NCBI RefSeq assembly: GCF_048593235.1
Contig: NC_133618.1
Span: 655,476,361-655,540,360, forward strand
DNA from: Sminthopsis crassicaudata
Taxonomy: Eukaryota
DNA: 64,000 bases
Direction: 5' to 3'
Shown here: in pieces, positions 51,620 to 64,000 of the stretch
Layout: the number at the start of each line of letters is the position of its first letter
Position numbering within the stretch: position 1 is the stretch's first letter
Notes under the pieces: model-generated
Seen by the model: only the letters and a program-made list of their open reading frames with translations
What the model was told of the DNA's origin: nothing
The model's database searches: none
Program-made: the position numbers and the translations under genes

Positions 51620-54600
51620 CTATTGGAAAAACTGGTTGTACATTTTTGTAGACTATTGATTCCCAATATTTTGTGGCTTGTTCATTTTGTTTCAAACATG
51701 AACATAAGGTTCATTTTCTCTTGAGGACTTAAGTGAGATTGTCAAGTTACAAAATATGTTTAGGACATTCATCAGGAGGAGAAATTTTTATTCTGGAAAC
51801 TTTAAGCTACCAACTTAAATCTGAGAAACAGAAAATGAAAAGCATTTTTGGGCAGTTTGAATTGCATGACTGACACATTTTAAAAGGTTAAAATTCACCT
51901 AAAAAGAAAAGAACATATTGGAATGTTAATGTGCAAAAGTGGATGATGAAAAGCTTAATCCTAATTACTGCAAAAATGTTTTTGTTTATAAAACATTTAC
52001 AGATAGACTGTACTTTGTATATTTATCCAAATGCTCTAAAAATCAAACCTAGAATTAATTTCATATTCCAACACATGTCTTCACTATATACTCTATAGTT
52101 ACTATGGGGAATTAATTTGCAAAACATTACATTTTAAGGGCTGGAATCAATTAAAATTAGTTTTCACAGCTGCCAAGCCCCTGGGCTTCTCTGGTGTTAC
52201 AGCTGAAAAACCTAAGTACAACTTAGCAGCTCCAATTTTGCCTTAACTATTATAAGCAACCTTTTAATTATTGACCAATAATCAAACCAGATAGAATAAA
52301 ATATTTTATTAAGAAAAATTGATTAAATGTTTTTTAAAATCAACTAGGGGTTGATACACTTACCTTCTTTTCTAACATAGAATTACAAAAGGGAAATGAA
52401 ACTGAGACAAAAAAGGATGTGAATTGTATTTTTTAGATCAAGTAAAAAAAGGAATTGTTTTGGCACTTATCACTCCAGGCTATCCTATATAGTTCTTTAT
52501 AAAAATAAAAATTAAATTTCTTTCGATTTTCATTTCAAGTAATTCCTCTACCAGTTTATTATACACTTCTCTCTTTCTCTGCCTCTGTTTCTAGCCCCAA
52601 ATGTAATTGTTTTCCTTTTATTAAAAATTTGCCTCTTCTCTAAAATATTTTCACAATTAGACATTGTAAATTCAAATGAAAAAGTGTTAAAAAAAAAACA
52701 ACAGAAATGCTACAGTTTAAAAAAGTTTTAGTACAGTATTTAACTTTTTACTGAGAAACCAGAATTAGTGGAAATAGCTTTAGACTAATTTCTACTTTAA
52801 AAAGATGACTGTTCAGTTTCTATACCCACCAACTATTATCATAATAAAACCATTCCTTTTGTTATAGAAAACAAATATCATAATATATATCACAATAGAC
52901 ATAAATATCACAAATATTTTCAAAATATATTGGAAACGTAATTTCGAACTATGAGTCAACATCAGAATTTTTCTGCTTCAAAAATGCACCATTTGTTTAA
53001 AAAAGAGTAAGAAAGAAAGAAAAAGAATTCGAGAAATATCATTTCTGGAGCTCTAAACAGAAATCATGTTAATTCAGTGCAGTTACAAAATTATAAACAG
53101 AAATCTTCACATTTGTAAAGCCACATAGATTTTCTAAACATGATTTATTTCATTTAAACAAAGGGCATGAAGGACCGAAGGGAGGGATATAGAAGCATCA
53201 AACACTTTTAAAAAGTGAACTTCAGGCCTAGATGTTTGAGATCAACACCATCAATGTTAGCACCAATTATGTGTGAAATGATTCCAGTTCTCCAACGGAG
53301 AAAACTGACTCCACTATTCAATGAACGAATATTTGCTATAGATATAGAAGGATTTAAAGAAAAAATAGGCCTAGAGGAAAGACTCTTAACCTTTTATTAG
53401 CTCAGACCATATGTCATCTGAAAAGACTTGTGTTTTACTACTTTAGAATGAATATAAAACTAGCCTTGGAGCACATTCAAGAATCCTTATTTTTAATTTA
53501 TTGTCCAAAGAGTTAGGGCAGGAAAGTCATCTTGTGCAGTGTTCTCATTTTATAAAAAGGAAACAGGCAGAAATTTTAAGTATCTTCATCAAGTCTACAC
53601 AGATGGATAAGCCAGTTCTGGTAAGTTCGTCTGATTCCAAATCCAGCATGACCACTGACCTACTAACATTTTGAGATGTTCCAAATTGTTGGCTGGGAAT
53701 GTTTACATTTCAAAGACCTAGGATCTCAATGTGGGAATTCCTTTCATTGCAAGCCATTCATGTCTTTTCATTATGGCTCAAATTTGTCTATTTTTTCCCA
53801 AATCCTTCAAAACAATCTCTCCAAAAACTTGGAGATCTTTCTGTTTTTTCTTAATGCCATTCATGAGCACCAATTTTGTTGTTTTTCACTTTTACCATGT
53901 GAACAGCCCACTTTAATAATGATAATAGAAAATGCATATAGTGCTTTTAAGGTTTGTAAAACATTTTATCAGTGTTATTTCATTTTATCCCCACAGAAAC
54001 CCTGAAAAGCAGGTGGTATCATCACTCCCACTTTACAAATGAACAAACTGAGATAGTCAAATTTTGAGTGCCTTTCTGACAGTCACATTGACTGGCTATG
54101 TGTTTGAATTCAGATCTTCCTATGACACTTCCCTGCTTTAGTATGGCAAAAAGCTAAGACAACTTTCCTGGGTAAATAATTTTTAGTCTTTTCCTTAGCT
54201 ATTTCTCTAATGTTTCAAATTGAGCTTTTAAATACTATTACATGTGTTTAATATTCATTTAATACATATTTATGAATTCATATACATCTACCTGAACATC
54301 AGTACAAACCTGTGACTTTCAGGAAAATTAAGAATGTTCTTATTGTAATAAGTCTTTTGCCTCTCTAAAACTTGGTTTCTACAAACATAAAATAAAAAGT
54401 TTGCTAAACAGTTTCTATGAGAGGCCTCCTCAGACCAAAAATCTTTGATCATCTGACTGAATAACTTATCAATACCTGAACTTCCTAGAGGACAATAAAG
54501 GAAAGTAGTAAGAGAAAAGAAGAAAAAATAGTGGGGAAAAACTGAGAAACACATACAAGAATAATACAAGAACAGATAAAAGAGAAAAAAAAAAAAGAAA

Positions 54601-54627
54601 GAGAAATTACTTTCCAGAAGAGGTTTT

Positions 54628-54778
54628 GTGTTTTTTTTTCCCCCATGAGGCAATTGGGGTTAAGTGACTTGCCTAGAGTCAATAGATAGGAAGTGTTAAA
54701 TGTCTGAGACCACATTTGAACTCAGGTCATTCTGATTTCAGGGCTGGTGTTCTATCCACTGAGCCACCTAGGTGCCCC
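54628..54778 (-). mobile_element. WSINE1-type SINE with TSD
   Basis: Full short SINE with T-tract; direct repeat AAGAGGTTTT at 54618-54627 and 54782-54791. Confidence 0.85.
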
Positions 54779-55731
54779 AAAAAGAGGTTTTTTTTAAAAG
54801 ACCATTTGACAGAAAATTTTAAATTAGTGCTCCTGAAATCACCCTATGAAGTTTTTATAAAATAGATCGTGTATTTTGACTTTTATATTTTAAGAAATAT
54901 ATTCAGCAGGAAAAATATGAATTTTGAAAAAGTTTTGCTATTGATTTTCAAAATAATTTTTAAACAAAGAACCAACATTTTGAAATTACAGAACTATGAA
55001 AGATTAGCACAGAGGTTTTTTTTTTTTTACTAGAAAAAAGAGATAAAGTAGAGAGCTCTGGCAAATAGATAAATGTAAAGTAAAAAGAAAGGACTATATA
55101 GGAAAATTATGCTCCCAAAATGTTGCTTCTAGATGTAGCATTTTATCTATACTTTTTGGTACTGAAAAATATTATTTTTTTCATTTGATTCATTTACTCA
55201 CTGATGCAATGAATATTTTACTGAATTGCTCCACTCTCATCAGGACTAGTCCTATTTGATCTAGGCTAAGGGGACACAAAAGGAAATGAGGTTTCTTCCT
55301 AGTAGATTCACAGCCAAGAAGGCCCACAAGGGATTGTTTCCAGAGGAGATAGAGGTAACCTTGTGACACAGTCATTACTATTCAACCATTTTGTCTCAGT
55401 GTCCAAGGATCCCGGCAACTCAAAGGACAATTTCAATCCATAGGACAACTCAATCCACAAAATGTTTTTTAAGAGTCTGCCTACTTAACCATCTTGCAAT
55501 GACATAATTATCATCTGACAGCTCATGACCTTCCAGCTGTTTTGGGAGAGGAGGCAGAGTTACTTGACCTTTTCCCACTGAGCTCAAGGCAGAAAAGGTC
55601 TCAGCAAATTGGGGCCCTAAGGAGGTTCATGGCTGGACAAAAGGGGCAGCTTTCTGTTTGAAAAGAGAATAATCTTGCCTTAGAATTGATGTGTATAGAG
55701 GTGGGGGCAAACTGACCTGGCAAAGAGGTTT

Positions 55732-55871
55732 GTTTTTTTTTTTTTTTTTCCTGAGGCATTTGGGGTTAAGTGACACAAAGCTAGGAGGTGTTAAATGTCT
55801 GAGAACAGATTTGAACTCAGGTCCTCCTGACTTCAGGGCTAGTGCTCTATCCAGTGTGCCACCTACATGCC
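55732..55871 (-). mobile_element. WSINE1-type SINE with TSD
   Basis: Full short SINE with long T-tract; TSD CCTGGCAAAGAG(G/C)TTT at 55716-55731 and 55872-55887. Confidence 0.87.
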
Positions 55872-56591
55872 CCTGGCAAAGAGCTTTCAATGCAGATAGA
55901 GATATGTTCTTTAGAGGGAGGAACTGAGAAATGGACACAGACCATGGAGCATGTGAGTGACTAAACTGAAGAAAAAAAAAAACTGGCTGAAGATTAACAA
56001 TCGTTCTGAGGGTCTGAACTCTGGGCTCGTTCAATCACAGAATTAAAATCTGGGAATCAGAACTAACTTCAGGGACCACGTATCCAACTCATTCAGAAAA
56101 ACAATCTGAAATGGAATTTTTTCTCTTTTTCTTCCTTATCTCTTTTCTCCTGGAGGAAAGACCAGCTCTATTCTGTACTTTATCAGTAGGGAGGCTCTTG
56201 CTGGACTAAAAGAAGATGGCAAGCAGTTTCAGAAGGGCTCTTTTCCTCTATTGTCCAGAAGCACTTTGAGAGAAGCAGGAAATTGGGACATCTGTAGACA
56301 AGGAAACAAGAAGCTACCTCGGCCTTTCCTTGGAAAGATGTGATGACTTTACATCAAATTAGAGACAATTAGGTTCAGAAAAGATAGCACAATTTCATTT
56401 TCTTTATAAGAATGGTTTATGTTTAATACAATTAGTGTTACTATTAAGAATTATATTAAAATTTATAGAAGCCATTTTCAAAAATTTATATATTTTTGGC
56501 TGACTTAGAAATTCTTACAAATATTCATTTATTTGGAAGTCCTCATTATGAGTTGCCTTAAATTGTTAATTTATTAAGATGTGTGTCACCC

Positions 56592-57224
56592 CTGTATGTG
56601 CCAAAATGTTTGTGGCAGCTCTTTTTGTTGTAGCTAGAAACTGGAAGTTGAATGGATGCCCATCAATTGGAGAATGGTTGGGTAAATTATGGTATATGAA
56701 GGTTATGGAATACTATTGTTCTGTAAGAAATGACCAGCAGGAAGAATACAGAGAGGCCTGGAGAGACTTACATCAACTGATGCTGAGTGAAATGAATAGA
56801 ACCAGAAGATCGCTGTACACTTCAATGCTGTATGAAGATATATTCTGATGGAAGTGGATATCTTCAACATAAAGAAGATCCAACTCACTTCCAGCTGATC
56901 AATGATGGACAGAAATAACTGCACCCAGAGAAGGAACACTGGGAAGTGAATGTAAATTGTTAGCACTACTGTCTATCTACCCAGGTTACTTATACCTTCG
57001 GAATCTAATACTTAATGTGCAACAAGAAAATGGTATTTACACACATATATTGTATCTGGGTTATATTGTAACATATGTAAAATGTATGGGATTGCCTGTC
57101 ATCGGGGGGAAGGAATGGAGGGAGGGGGGGATAATTTGGAAAAATGAATACAAGGGATAATATTATAAAAAAAATTACTCATGCATATATACTGTGAAAA
57201 AAAATTCTAAATTAAAAAAAAAAA
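56592..57224 (+). mobile_element. Young 5'-truncated L1 (ORF2 tail, 3'UTR and poly(A)) with 16-bp TSD
   Basis: Encodes CAKMFVAALFVVARNWKLNGCPSIGEWLGKLWYMKVMEYYCSVRNDQQEEYREAW, almost identical to the 24-25 kb L1 protein. Poly(A) tail; TSD AAGATGTGTGTCACCC at 56576-56591 and 57225-57240; target site TT|AAGA. Confidence 0.96.
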
Positions 57225-57770
57225 AAGATGTGTGTCACCCTGCTAAGTATGAAATTGCCCATTGGGTGAAAATATCCTCAAATGAAGAAAGTTCTCTATT
57301 TTAATAGATTTAAATGAGAAACTGGAAATGAGAAACAAAGGCCATACTCGTAAACATTACATTGGAAAGAAAATGGTCACAGAGATTTGTTATTTGTTTT
57401 TTAAAGAATCCAAGAGTGGTCTAAGACAACCATGTAGGAAAAAACACTATAAAACTTAAAGGTGAGCCCAGTGCTAGAAATATGTCAGCCTCTCACTAAA
57501 CAAAGCCTATTAAAATGTTTTCTGTGTCTACAGGCACAGGTTCTTGCTTTCTTTGCTCTTCTGCCTTTTGAAATACATTGTTCAAAACTCCTCCAGGAGT
57601 TTAATGGTTCCCCTTCCTTCAATTGCAATTGGCTTTTCTATATTTCTTGATCATACCTATTTATGTACACATTGTTTCTGTCATTAAGAAAGTAAATTTT
57701 TGACTTTCTCATATGACCTTTGCAAAGCTTTTTGCACATATTAAGTGCTTAAAAATAATTTTTTTTATTT

Positions 57771-57905
57771 GAAGTAGCTAGTGATGCTGTGAATAGAGCA
57801 TCAGCCCTGAAATCATGAGGACCAAGGTTCAAATCTAGTCTCAAACAATTGATACTTCCTAGCTGTGTGACACTGGGCAAGTCATTTAACCTCAATTCAG
57901 CCCCC
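57771..57905 (+). mobile_element. WSINE1-type SINE (diverged)
   Basis: GAAGTAGCTAGTGATGCTGTGAATAGAGCATCAGCCCTGAAATCATGAGGACCAAGGTTCAAATC…ACTTCCTAGCTGTGTGACACTGGGCAAGTCATTTAACC. Confidence 0.75.
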
Positions 57906-57924
57906 CCCCCAATTTTTTTTAGTT

Positions 57925-58150
57925 GATTGTTCAATCATTTTCAGTCATGTCTGACTCTCTGTGACCCAATATTGGAATTTTCTTTGCAAAGACCCTAGAG
58001 TATTTGGCCATTTCCTTTTTCAGCTCATTTTGCAAATGAGGTCAATGAGACAAATAGGTTAAATGACTTGGCCAGTTAGGAAGTGTTTGAAGCTGGATTT
58101 GAACTCAGGAAAATAAATCTTCCTACATGCAAGCCCAGTGCTCTATGTAA
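57925..58150 (-). mobile_element. MAR1-type CORE-SINE just downstream of the ADK exon at 58286
   Basis: TTCAGTCATGTCTGACTCTCTGTGACCC…CTTTGCAAAG…GCCATTTCC…CAGCTCATTTTGCAAATGAGG…GGATTTGAACTCAGG. Confidence 0.75.
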
Positions 58151-58209
58151 TAGATCACTTACATTGCCCGATCACTACTAACCCAATAATATTAAAAGGT
58201 CAAGAATTA

Positions 58210-58542
<333 letters not shown>

Positions 58543-59419
58543 TTATGCAGGTACACAATATCATTCCCCCTCTCTCATTTTTAAATGACAGTGAGCATTT
58601 ACACAAAACTTTCAGATGTGAAAGTTTTTTTATATAAGGAACTTCCCTTAATCTTCACAACAATCCTGTGAAGTAGATACTTATGAGAATTTCTATTTTT
58701 CTAAAGAGAAAACTGAGGCTGAAGGAAGAAAAATACACAACCACTAAGTATTTAAGGAGAAACTGAACTCAGATTTTTCTGATTCTAATTGCAGCATCAC
58801 CATTGTTTGTCGATATATCTTACTCTACCTTGAATTTATGTAACTCACTGAATAAACAAGCCCCTCTCTGGACCTCAATTTCCATATAAGTAAAATGATG
58901 AAATTATTTCAATTTAATTTGACATTAAATGTTTAAGAGATAATATAATATAAGGAGTAGACTTGTGGATCCTGGGCTTAACCTCAGGAAACCTGGATTT
59001 GAATCCTAACTCTCTAAGACCATCAAACTCTCAGAACCTCATTTTTCTCATGTTTAAAACATTGTCTGTAGAATCTAGTGTATTAAAAACACTTAGCAAT
59101 TTTGCAAGCTCTCTCAAGGACTTAACTTCTGTAGGAGAATTGAAGCATTGTTAAGGTGTAGTAATACTACAGAGAATTGACAGGTTAAAAATCCATTTTT
59201 CAATGAAGAAGAGTGCTCTTCATTAAAGAAAGATTTCTAAAGATTGTTCAAGAAAATAATAAAACTGAATTTTCTTTAAAATATCGTAAAACTGATACTT
59301 TTCATTAATATTTCAGAAGAGTCTATTCAAAATTCTAAGGTTTTTGTTCCTATGACACTACAAGGGGACTTACAATCAAGTCACTTTAATGTGACTACTT
59401 TCTTTTATAGGCAGCACAG

Positions 59420-59690
59420 ATGCAGTCCCCCAGACATTATTGCAGTTCAGTCATTTTATTGGCCGTTTCCAACTCTTTCTGATCCTATTTGGGGTTTTCT
59501 TGCCAAAGACATAGGAGAATTTTGCCATTTTCTTCTGCAGCTCATTTTACAGATGAAGAATTGTGGCAGACAGTGTTAAGTGACCTATCCACAGTCATAC
59601 AACTAGGAAATGTCTATAGCTGCATTTGAACTTATCAAGCTGATTCTTCCTAATTCCAAGTCTGGCTTCTACCCTGTACCAGCTAGCTAG
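59420..59690 (-). mobile_element. MAR1-type CORE-SINE
   Basis: GATCCTATTTGGGGTTTTCTTGCCAAAGAC…GCAGCTCATTTTACAGATGAAG…TTTGAAC. Confidence 0.7.
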
Positions 59691-61610
59691 AGAATTCAAA
59701 CTCCTGCACAATAAATTTTCTTATATGTTGTCCCCAGGGTCAGGAGGGCAGCTCTGCCCCTCAGATACTTCATGTTCCTTATTTGCCTTCTTTACTCAAC
59801 TATGTGTGGCCACGTTCTGCCATCTCAGGGTTCTTCTGTCCAGCCCTGATCTGGGCACATCCCCTGGAAGCTCCAGGAAGGCAGAGGTTCTTTAGTTTGT
59901 GTTTTGTATAGTGCCAGAGAGAAGTCAATAGCAAATGTTTGGCTATGGAGCTGAATCCACATTACCTTTATTTCTATTTAGAGCAAGAATGTCACTGGGA
60001 TGGAAAATGATGGACTTTGCCACTGAACCAGGAGCTTGAGGCTGAAGTTGGATCTGTTCTTTAATGATATTTGTTAAGTGATGGATGTATACAAAGAACT
60101 TTATTAGGCACTACAGAGATAAACAAAAAACAAAGAAAACCATGGGATTTAGCCATGGTTCTCAAAAAGCTCAATACACAAAAAAAAAAGAATGTTAAGA
60201 CATCAGCAATGTAGTCCTTTTGTAATTAAAATTTGTCATTCAGCTAGTACACTAGAATACATTGCTTGACTTATATTCCTGACATTAATAATACAATCAA
60301 ATCAGGATGCAGATGGGCACAGTGTTGAAGACAGGCAGGAGAATTGAGAAGAAAGGAATGAGCACTGATCCTCTGCTAAATACAAGCTTTGACCATGTGA
60401 CTGGCAAAGGTGCAAGAGGAGAAATCAACTCCCTCTGGGTTCCTGAGGTTCAGAAGTCAGCTGGTGTAAGACTTTGCTTCAAAGTAGGTAGGATCTTCAA
60501 TAACTAAAAAAAGGAATCTTAAGGAACAGGGACAAGGCAGTTGAGAATTGCCTTATAAAGACAGACCAAACTTTCAAAGCAGCTATTTCCTCAATAGGAC
60601 AGGACAGAGGAGTGAGAGTTCTAAGGACAATGCAATTAATTGTCATAAGTGACACTGGAAGCTAAGTGGCCTATTGTATAGGCCGCGCCTAAGTCATAAA
60701 GTAAACCTGAGTTCAAATCGTGCTACAAAAACCTAGGAGTTGTGTGACTCTGGGCATGTCACTTTATCCCATCTGCCTTGATTTCCTCAACTGTGAAATG
60801 GGAATAATAATTAAATTTACCCTGCAAAGTTATTGTGAGGATGAAATGAGGTAATAGCACAGTATCTAGTACTTAATTAGGTTATGTTAGGTGCTGTATA
60901 AATGCTTAATTTCTCCCTTTTTACTTTCTTCCCTCCCTTAGGTAATAGGATTAAAGTAAGAGAGGTCAATGTAAGGATCTAGAAACCAAAGAATCAGGAA
61001 GAGAAAGACAATATTGGACACAAGGAAGATAGATACTGAGTCTGGGTTCTAAATACATTGGCAGCAATCCCAACCCCTTTTTTATACTGGGTGTGGGAGA
61101 CTATGGGTTAATCATACAAAAAAAAAATTGGAATGTGCTATATTAAATTCTTCATTGAATAATAATTTAAATCAGAAAATAAAAAATTTTAAAATTCAAA
61201 TCAATTTAAATATCAAAAGTATTATTTTAAAAAGTATTATAAAAATGTGTGCTCATTCAATGTTTATTAAGCACAATGCATTGCACTACCTATCTTTTCC
61301 TTTTTGTTGCAGTCAAAGGTTTTTGGGAGACATATAATTTCATTGGCATAAGGAACTGAAGAAACTACCTCTACTAATGTGACTCAATGACTAGTTTAGA
61401 ACATATAGTCATAGAAAATTGTTTGGGAGTAATCAATAGTTAATGAACTTGACAAAGGTCCCACAAGTGACAGAACAGTTCACACTTTGTAGTGTTTTAA
61501 GACTCACAAAATGCTTAGCATCTCACATTTGATTCTATGCAAGTCAAGGGTAGAATGCAACAGAAGGAGACTTGAACCCTGAATTGATAATTAACAGACT
61601 TATGAAATGG

Positions 61611-62074
61611 TGACAGACGCTTTAAGAGGAAAGACCAAGATGGCCACAGGAAGTGAGGCTACAGTGATACTTTAATAAGGATGTCTTGGGGTAAGGCAGC
61701 AATAGAAAGGTAGATGGCCTGGGGACAAGTGAAGAGAAACCAGCACTATGAAGAAGAAGGGGAGGAAGGAAGGGAGAGATGCAGAAAATATCACTGGTGG
61801 CCGATTACTGTGCAGAGGACTAGGCAGCAGGAACCCTCAGAAGATAGAGGAGTGCTCCAAGGGTGGGAGTTTGCTCGGGGCTATCTTAGAGTTGTCAGGA
61901 ACAAATCCAGGTCATCTCAAGGTCATCAGTAATACCCCTAAGTATTTACATCAGCTCAGAGTTATCAACACCATTTGGGTTCTGCTGCTCTGGATCCTGA
62001 GACTTACACACCATAGGACCATATTGTCAGGATGTGGCATTTCAAAAATATATAATGATACACTGCAACTTACA
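61611..62074 (-). mobile_element. 3' LTR of a class I-like ERV
   Basis: Minus strand reads TGTAAG...GTCTGTCA (TG...CA termini), preceded by purine-rich AGGATGGA (degenerate PPT), with ATTAAA about 60 nt before the 3' end. It lies directly downstream of env-like sequence. The 5' boundary is less certain than the 3' boundary. Confidence 0.65.
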
Positions 62075-62229
62075 TCCATCCTAGTGATCTTTAGTCCAGT
62101 TTGTTACTTGTAGTTTCATCCCTTTGCAATCTTACTCCCTGCTTTTCAACAACTAGCTGTACAGATTAGAGGTGTGTATAGGGGGGCAATGTGGTCAGGG
62201 GGAACAGAAGAAAAGACAATTTTAACACA

Positions 62230-63624
62230 ATCCACCCTGTCCCCAAAGCACTATCATAGAACACCATGAGTCTGAATTAATCTAAACAAAATCCCAGCTA
62301 GCACAATCATCACAATAACCTCAAAGGATCCTTACAGGAATCTGGCCCATTAGCCTGGGGAGAAAAATCTATGGTAAAAGATCAGTAGAAAGGGAACTGG
62401 TCTTGGCAAGATTTTCCTGATATTTGTGATGATGTCACCAACAGTATTTACTCATTCTTGATGAAGATTATTTCTCCCCAGAGGTCAACCTATGTACAAA
62501 AGAACTTGACAAAAACATAAATTCCTCTCTGACTGGCTAACAGGTAGCCCAAAGCCAGTCAGTGCCATTACTTTGGCTCCCAGAATACGTCAGCTAATTT
62601 GTCAATATTGTTGATTTGGCCCTTTAGCTGTTCTCAATAGCCATCCATGTATCCTTCAGCTTCTTAGGACCTCATCCAGGCAACTTCACAGGGAATAAAT
62701 CCAATAAATGCTCCCAGGCCACCCATGGCACGTCCCATCACATGCCAGCTTGCAGCATAATGCCAGGGGTTTCTGATGGCTGTGGTTGGGGGACAAGGCC
62801 TGGCTGCATGGTACCTAGGCCAAACCAAGAAAGGGATTTGAGTATGGCTCCAAATGCAGTGCTGCTATGTGTGCCCTCCGGGTTCCTTCTGGGGATGCAA
62901 GCTTGGCCCAGAAGACCACAACAATGTTAGAGTCAGCTAGCTCAGCCCAAATTTCATCTTTGAGGGCACATATCTTCATCTGGGCACAGAACCTTGGCTA
63001 TATTGTGAAGGTGGGGTATGGGAGCCAGCCGTGGTGGCGATTATGCTCACCAACTTCTATGGGCAAGGCTCTGGGCGCAGCTGGCACTTGTAGCCATCCC
63101 CTGCCTTTTGAAAGGCAGCCAGCAGGCCCAGGAGTATGGGGGAGTGTGGTCTGGAGGACAGTCGCAAGACAAATTCAGCCAATGGCAAAGCACTGAGATG
63201 GGCTTTCAGAAATAGGCCTGGGGCTAGCGTGTCTGTGCTAGATGTTCTCAGACAGGAGAAGGCAGCCTAAAGGAGGAGCAGGCTCTTGGGCCAGGACAGT
63301 CGCCACAATGCACCTGGACAGACTATTTATTAAGCTCATTGGTTAGGTTAGGCAGAACATAGCCATGTGCCCAAGCTTGAGATAACCAAAGGAATGGATG
63401 CAACTCAGGGCTGTACTGACCAGTACAATCTGGTCCTATAGATTTTTATGCAACTTGAAGCTTGATTCTGGCTGCTAGTTGAAACCTTGACCCTGTACTT
63501 AGAGGAGTTCTAGATTGGTAGGGGCTCCCATGATTGCTGGAAGGTCCTTTGGCAGAATTTCCCAGATGGTTACCCAGTGAGCTCAAACATGAGTTTCTTG
63601 GCTCCAAAACTGGCACTTCTTATT
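62230..63624 (-). pseudogene. Degraded endogenous retrovirus env (gamma-type/class I TM subunit and part of SU)
   Basis: Minus frame at about 62620-62450 reads QINNIDKLADVFWEPK*WH*LALGYLLASQRGIYVFVKFFCT*VDLWGEII, resembling the SLAxVVLQNRLALDYLLAxQGGVC...CC immunosuppressive region. It is followed in other frames by DIITNIRKILPRPV and a hydrophobic anchor FEVIVMIVLAGILFRLI (about 62325-62275). Multiple stops and frameshifts. Confidence 0.75.
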
Positions 63625-63849
63625 GAGGAATTCCTTAATTTTTTTTTTTTCTGCCACAGACCTATTTAAAAGCCTTGTGAAGCCTAATGCACCCCTTTTC
63701 AGAATAATGAATAAAACCTAAGGGATTACAAAGAAAATCAATTATATTGAAATCAAGATGTTATTTTTATCCAATTTAATTAACAATTGCTATGAAAAAA
63801 GTCTGTCCATAAAATTTGGGAATTAGTGAACCCAGGTCAAGAATCCCTC
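63625..63849 (-). mobile_element. Non-autonomous hAT-Charlie-type DNA transposon
   Basis: Degenerate TIRs (GAGGAATTCCTTAAT...GGTCAAGAATCCCT; compare CAGGGGTTCTTAACC). The internal GTGAAGCCTAATGCACCCCTTTTCAGAATAATG and AAAATCAATTATATTGAAAT are shared in reverse orientation with the elements at about 1.6 kb and 17.3-17.9 kb. Confidence 0.6.
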
Positions 63850-64000
63850 TTACAGAGTTCAAAAAAAAAAAATTATGGATGACAGTTCAGTATCTGAAAT
63901 TCAGTTAGCTATACTGAAGACAGAAAGTTTTGAACTAGTAAAGGTGAAATCTTTGTTCCTGGCTGGAAAACTGGGAGTGAAGGCTAGGAAAGGTTAGCAG

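Noticed and set aside
62867-63196. + strand ORF (…SAQISSLRAHIFIWAQNLGYIVKVG…LGAAG…) that superficially resembles gammaretroviral RT (AQIC…YLGY…FLGTAG)
   Set aside because: The opposite strand gives a coherent env-then-LTR architecture, and no YxDD or other RT motif precedes this ORF. I treat the resemblance as coincidence.

Overview
Eukaryotic, AT-rich, repeat-dense intronic DNA from a marsupial. It is probably a dasyurid such as the Tasmanian devil, an inference from the WSINE1-type SINEs, MAR1/CORE-SINEs and marsupial L1 3' ends. The window lies inside the adenosine kinase gene (ADK) on the minus strand. Two coding exons are visible: 58286-58458 (173 nt, equivalent to human exon 5) and 51479-51587 (109 nt, equivalent to human exon 6), both with canonical AG/GT ends and compatible phases. 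The rest is the distal part of intron 4 (58459-64000), intron 5 (51588-58285) and more than 51 kb of the long intron 6 (1-51478). The introns hold two young TSD-flanked L1 insertions, older L1, L2 and CR1/L3 fossils, several solo LTRs with 6-bp TSDs, hAT-Charlie-type DNA elements, many SINEs, microsatellites and two assembly gaps. They also hold a degraded class I (gamma-type) ERV env with its 3' LTR, in ADK-sense orientation, at 61.6-63.6 kb. Almost all ORFs in the supplied track are spurious or repeat-derived. I found no convincing novel multi-gene system. The best leads are the ERV env remnant, a candidate poison cassette exon (41685-41796) and a repeat-poor, enhancer-like island at about 41-44 kb. 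Repeat family names and most repeat boundaries were assigned by eye and are approximate unless TSDs are quoted.
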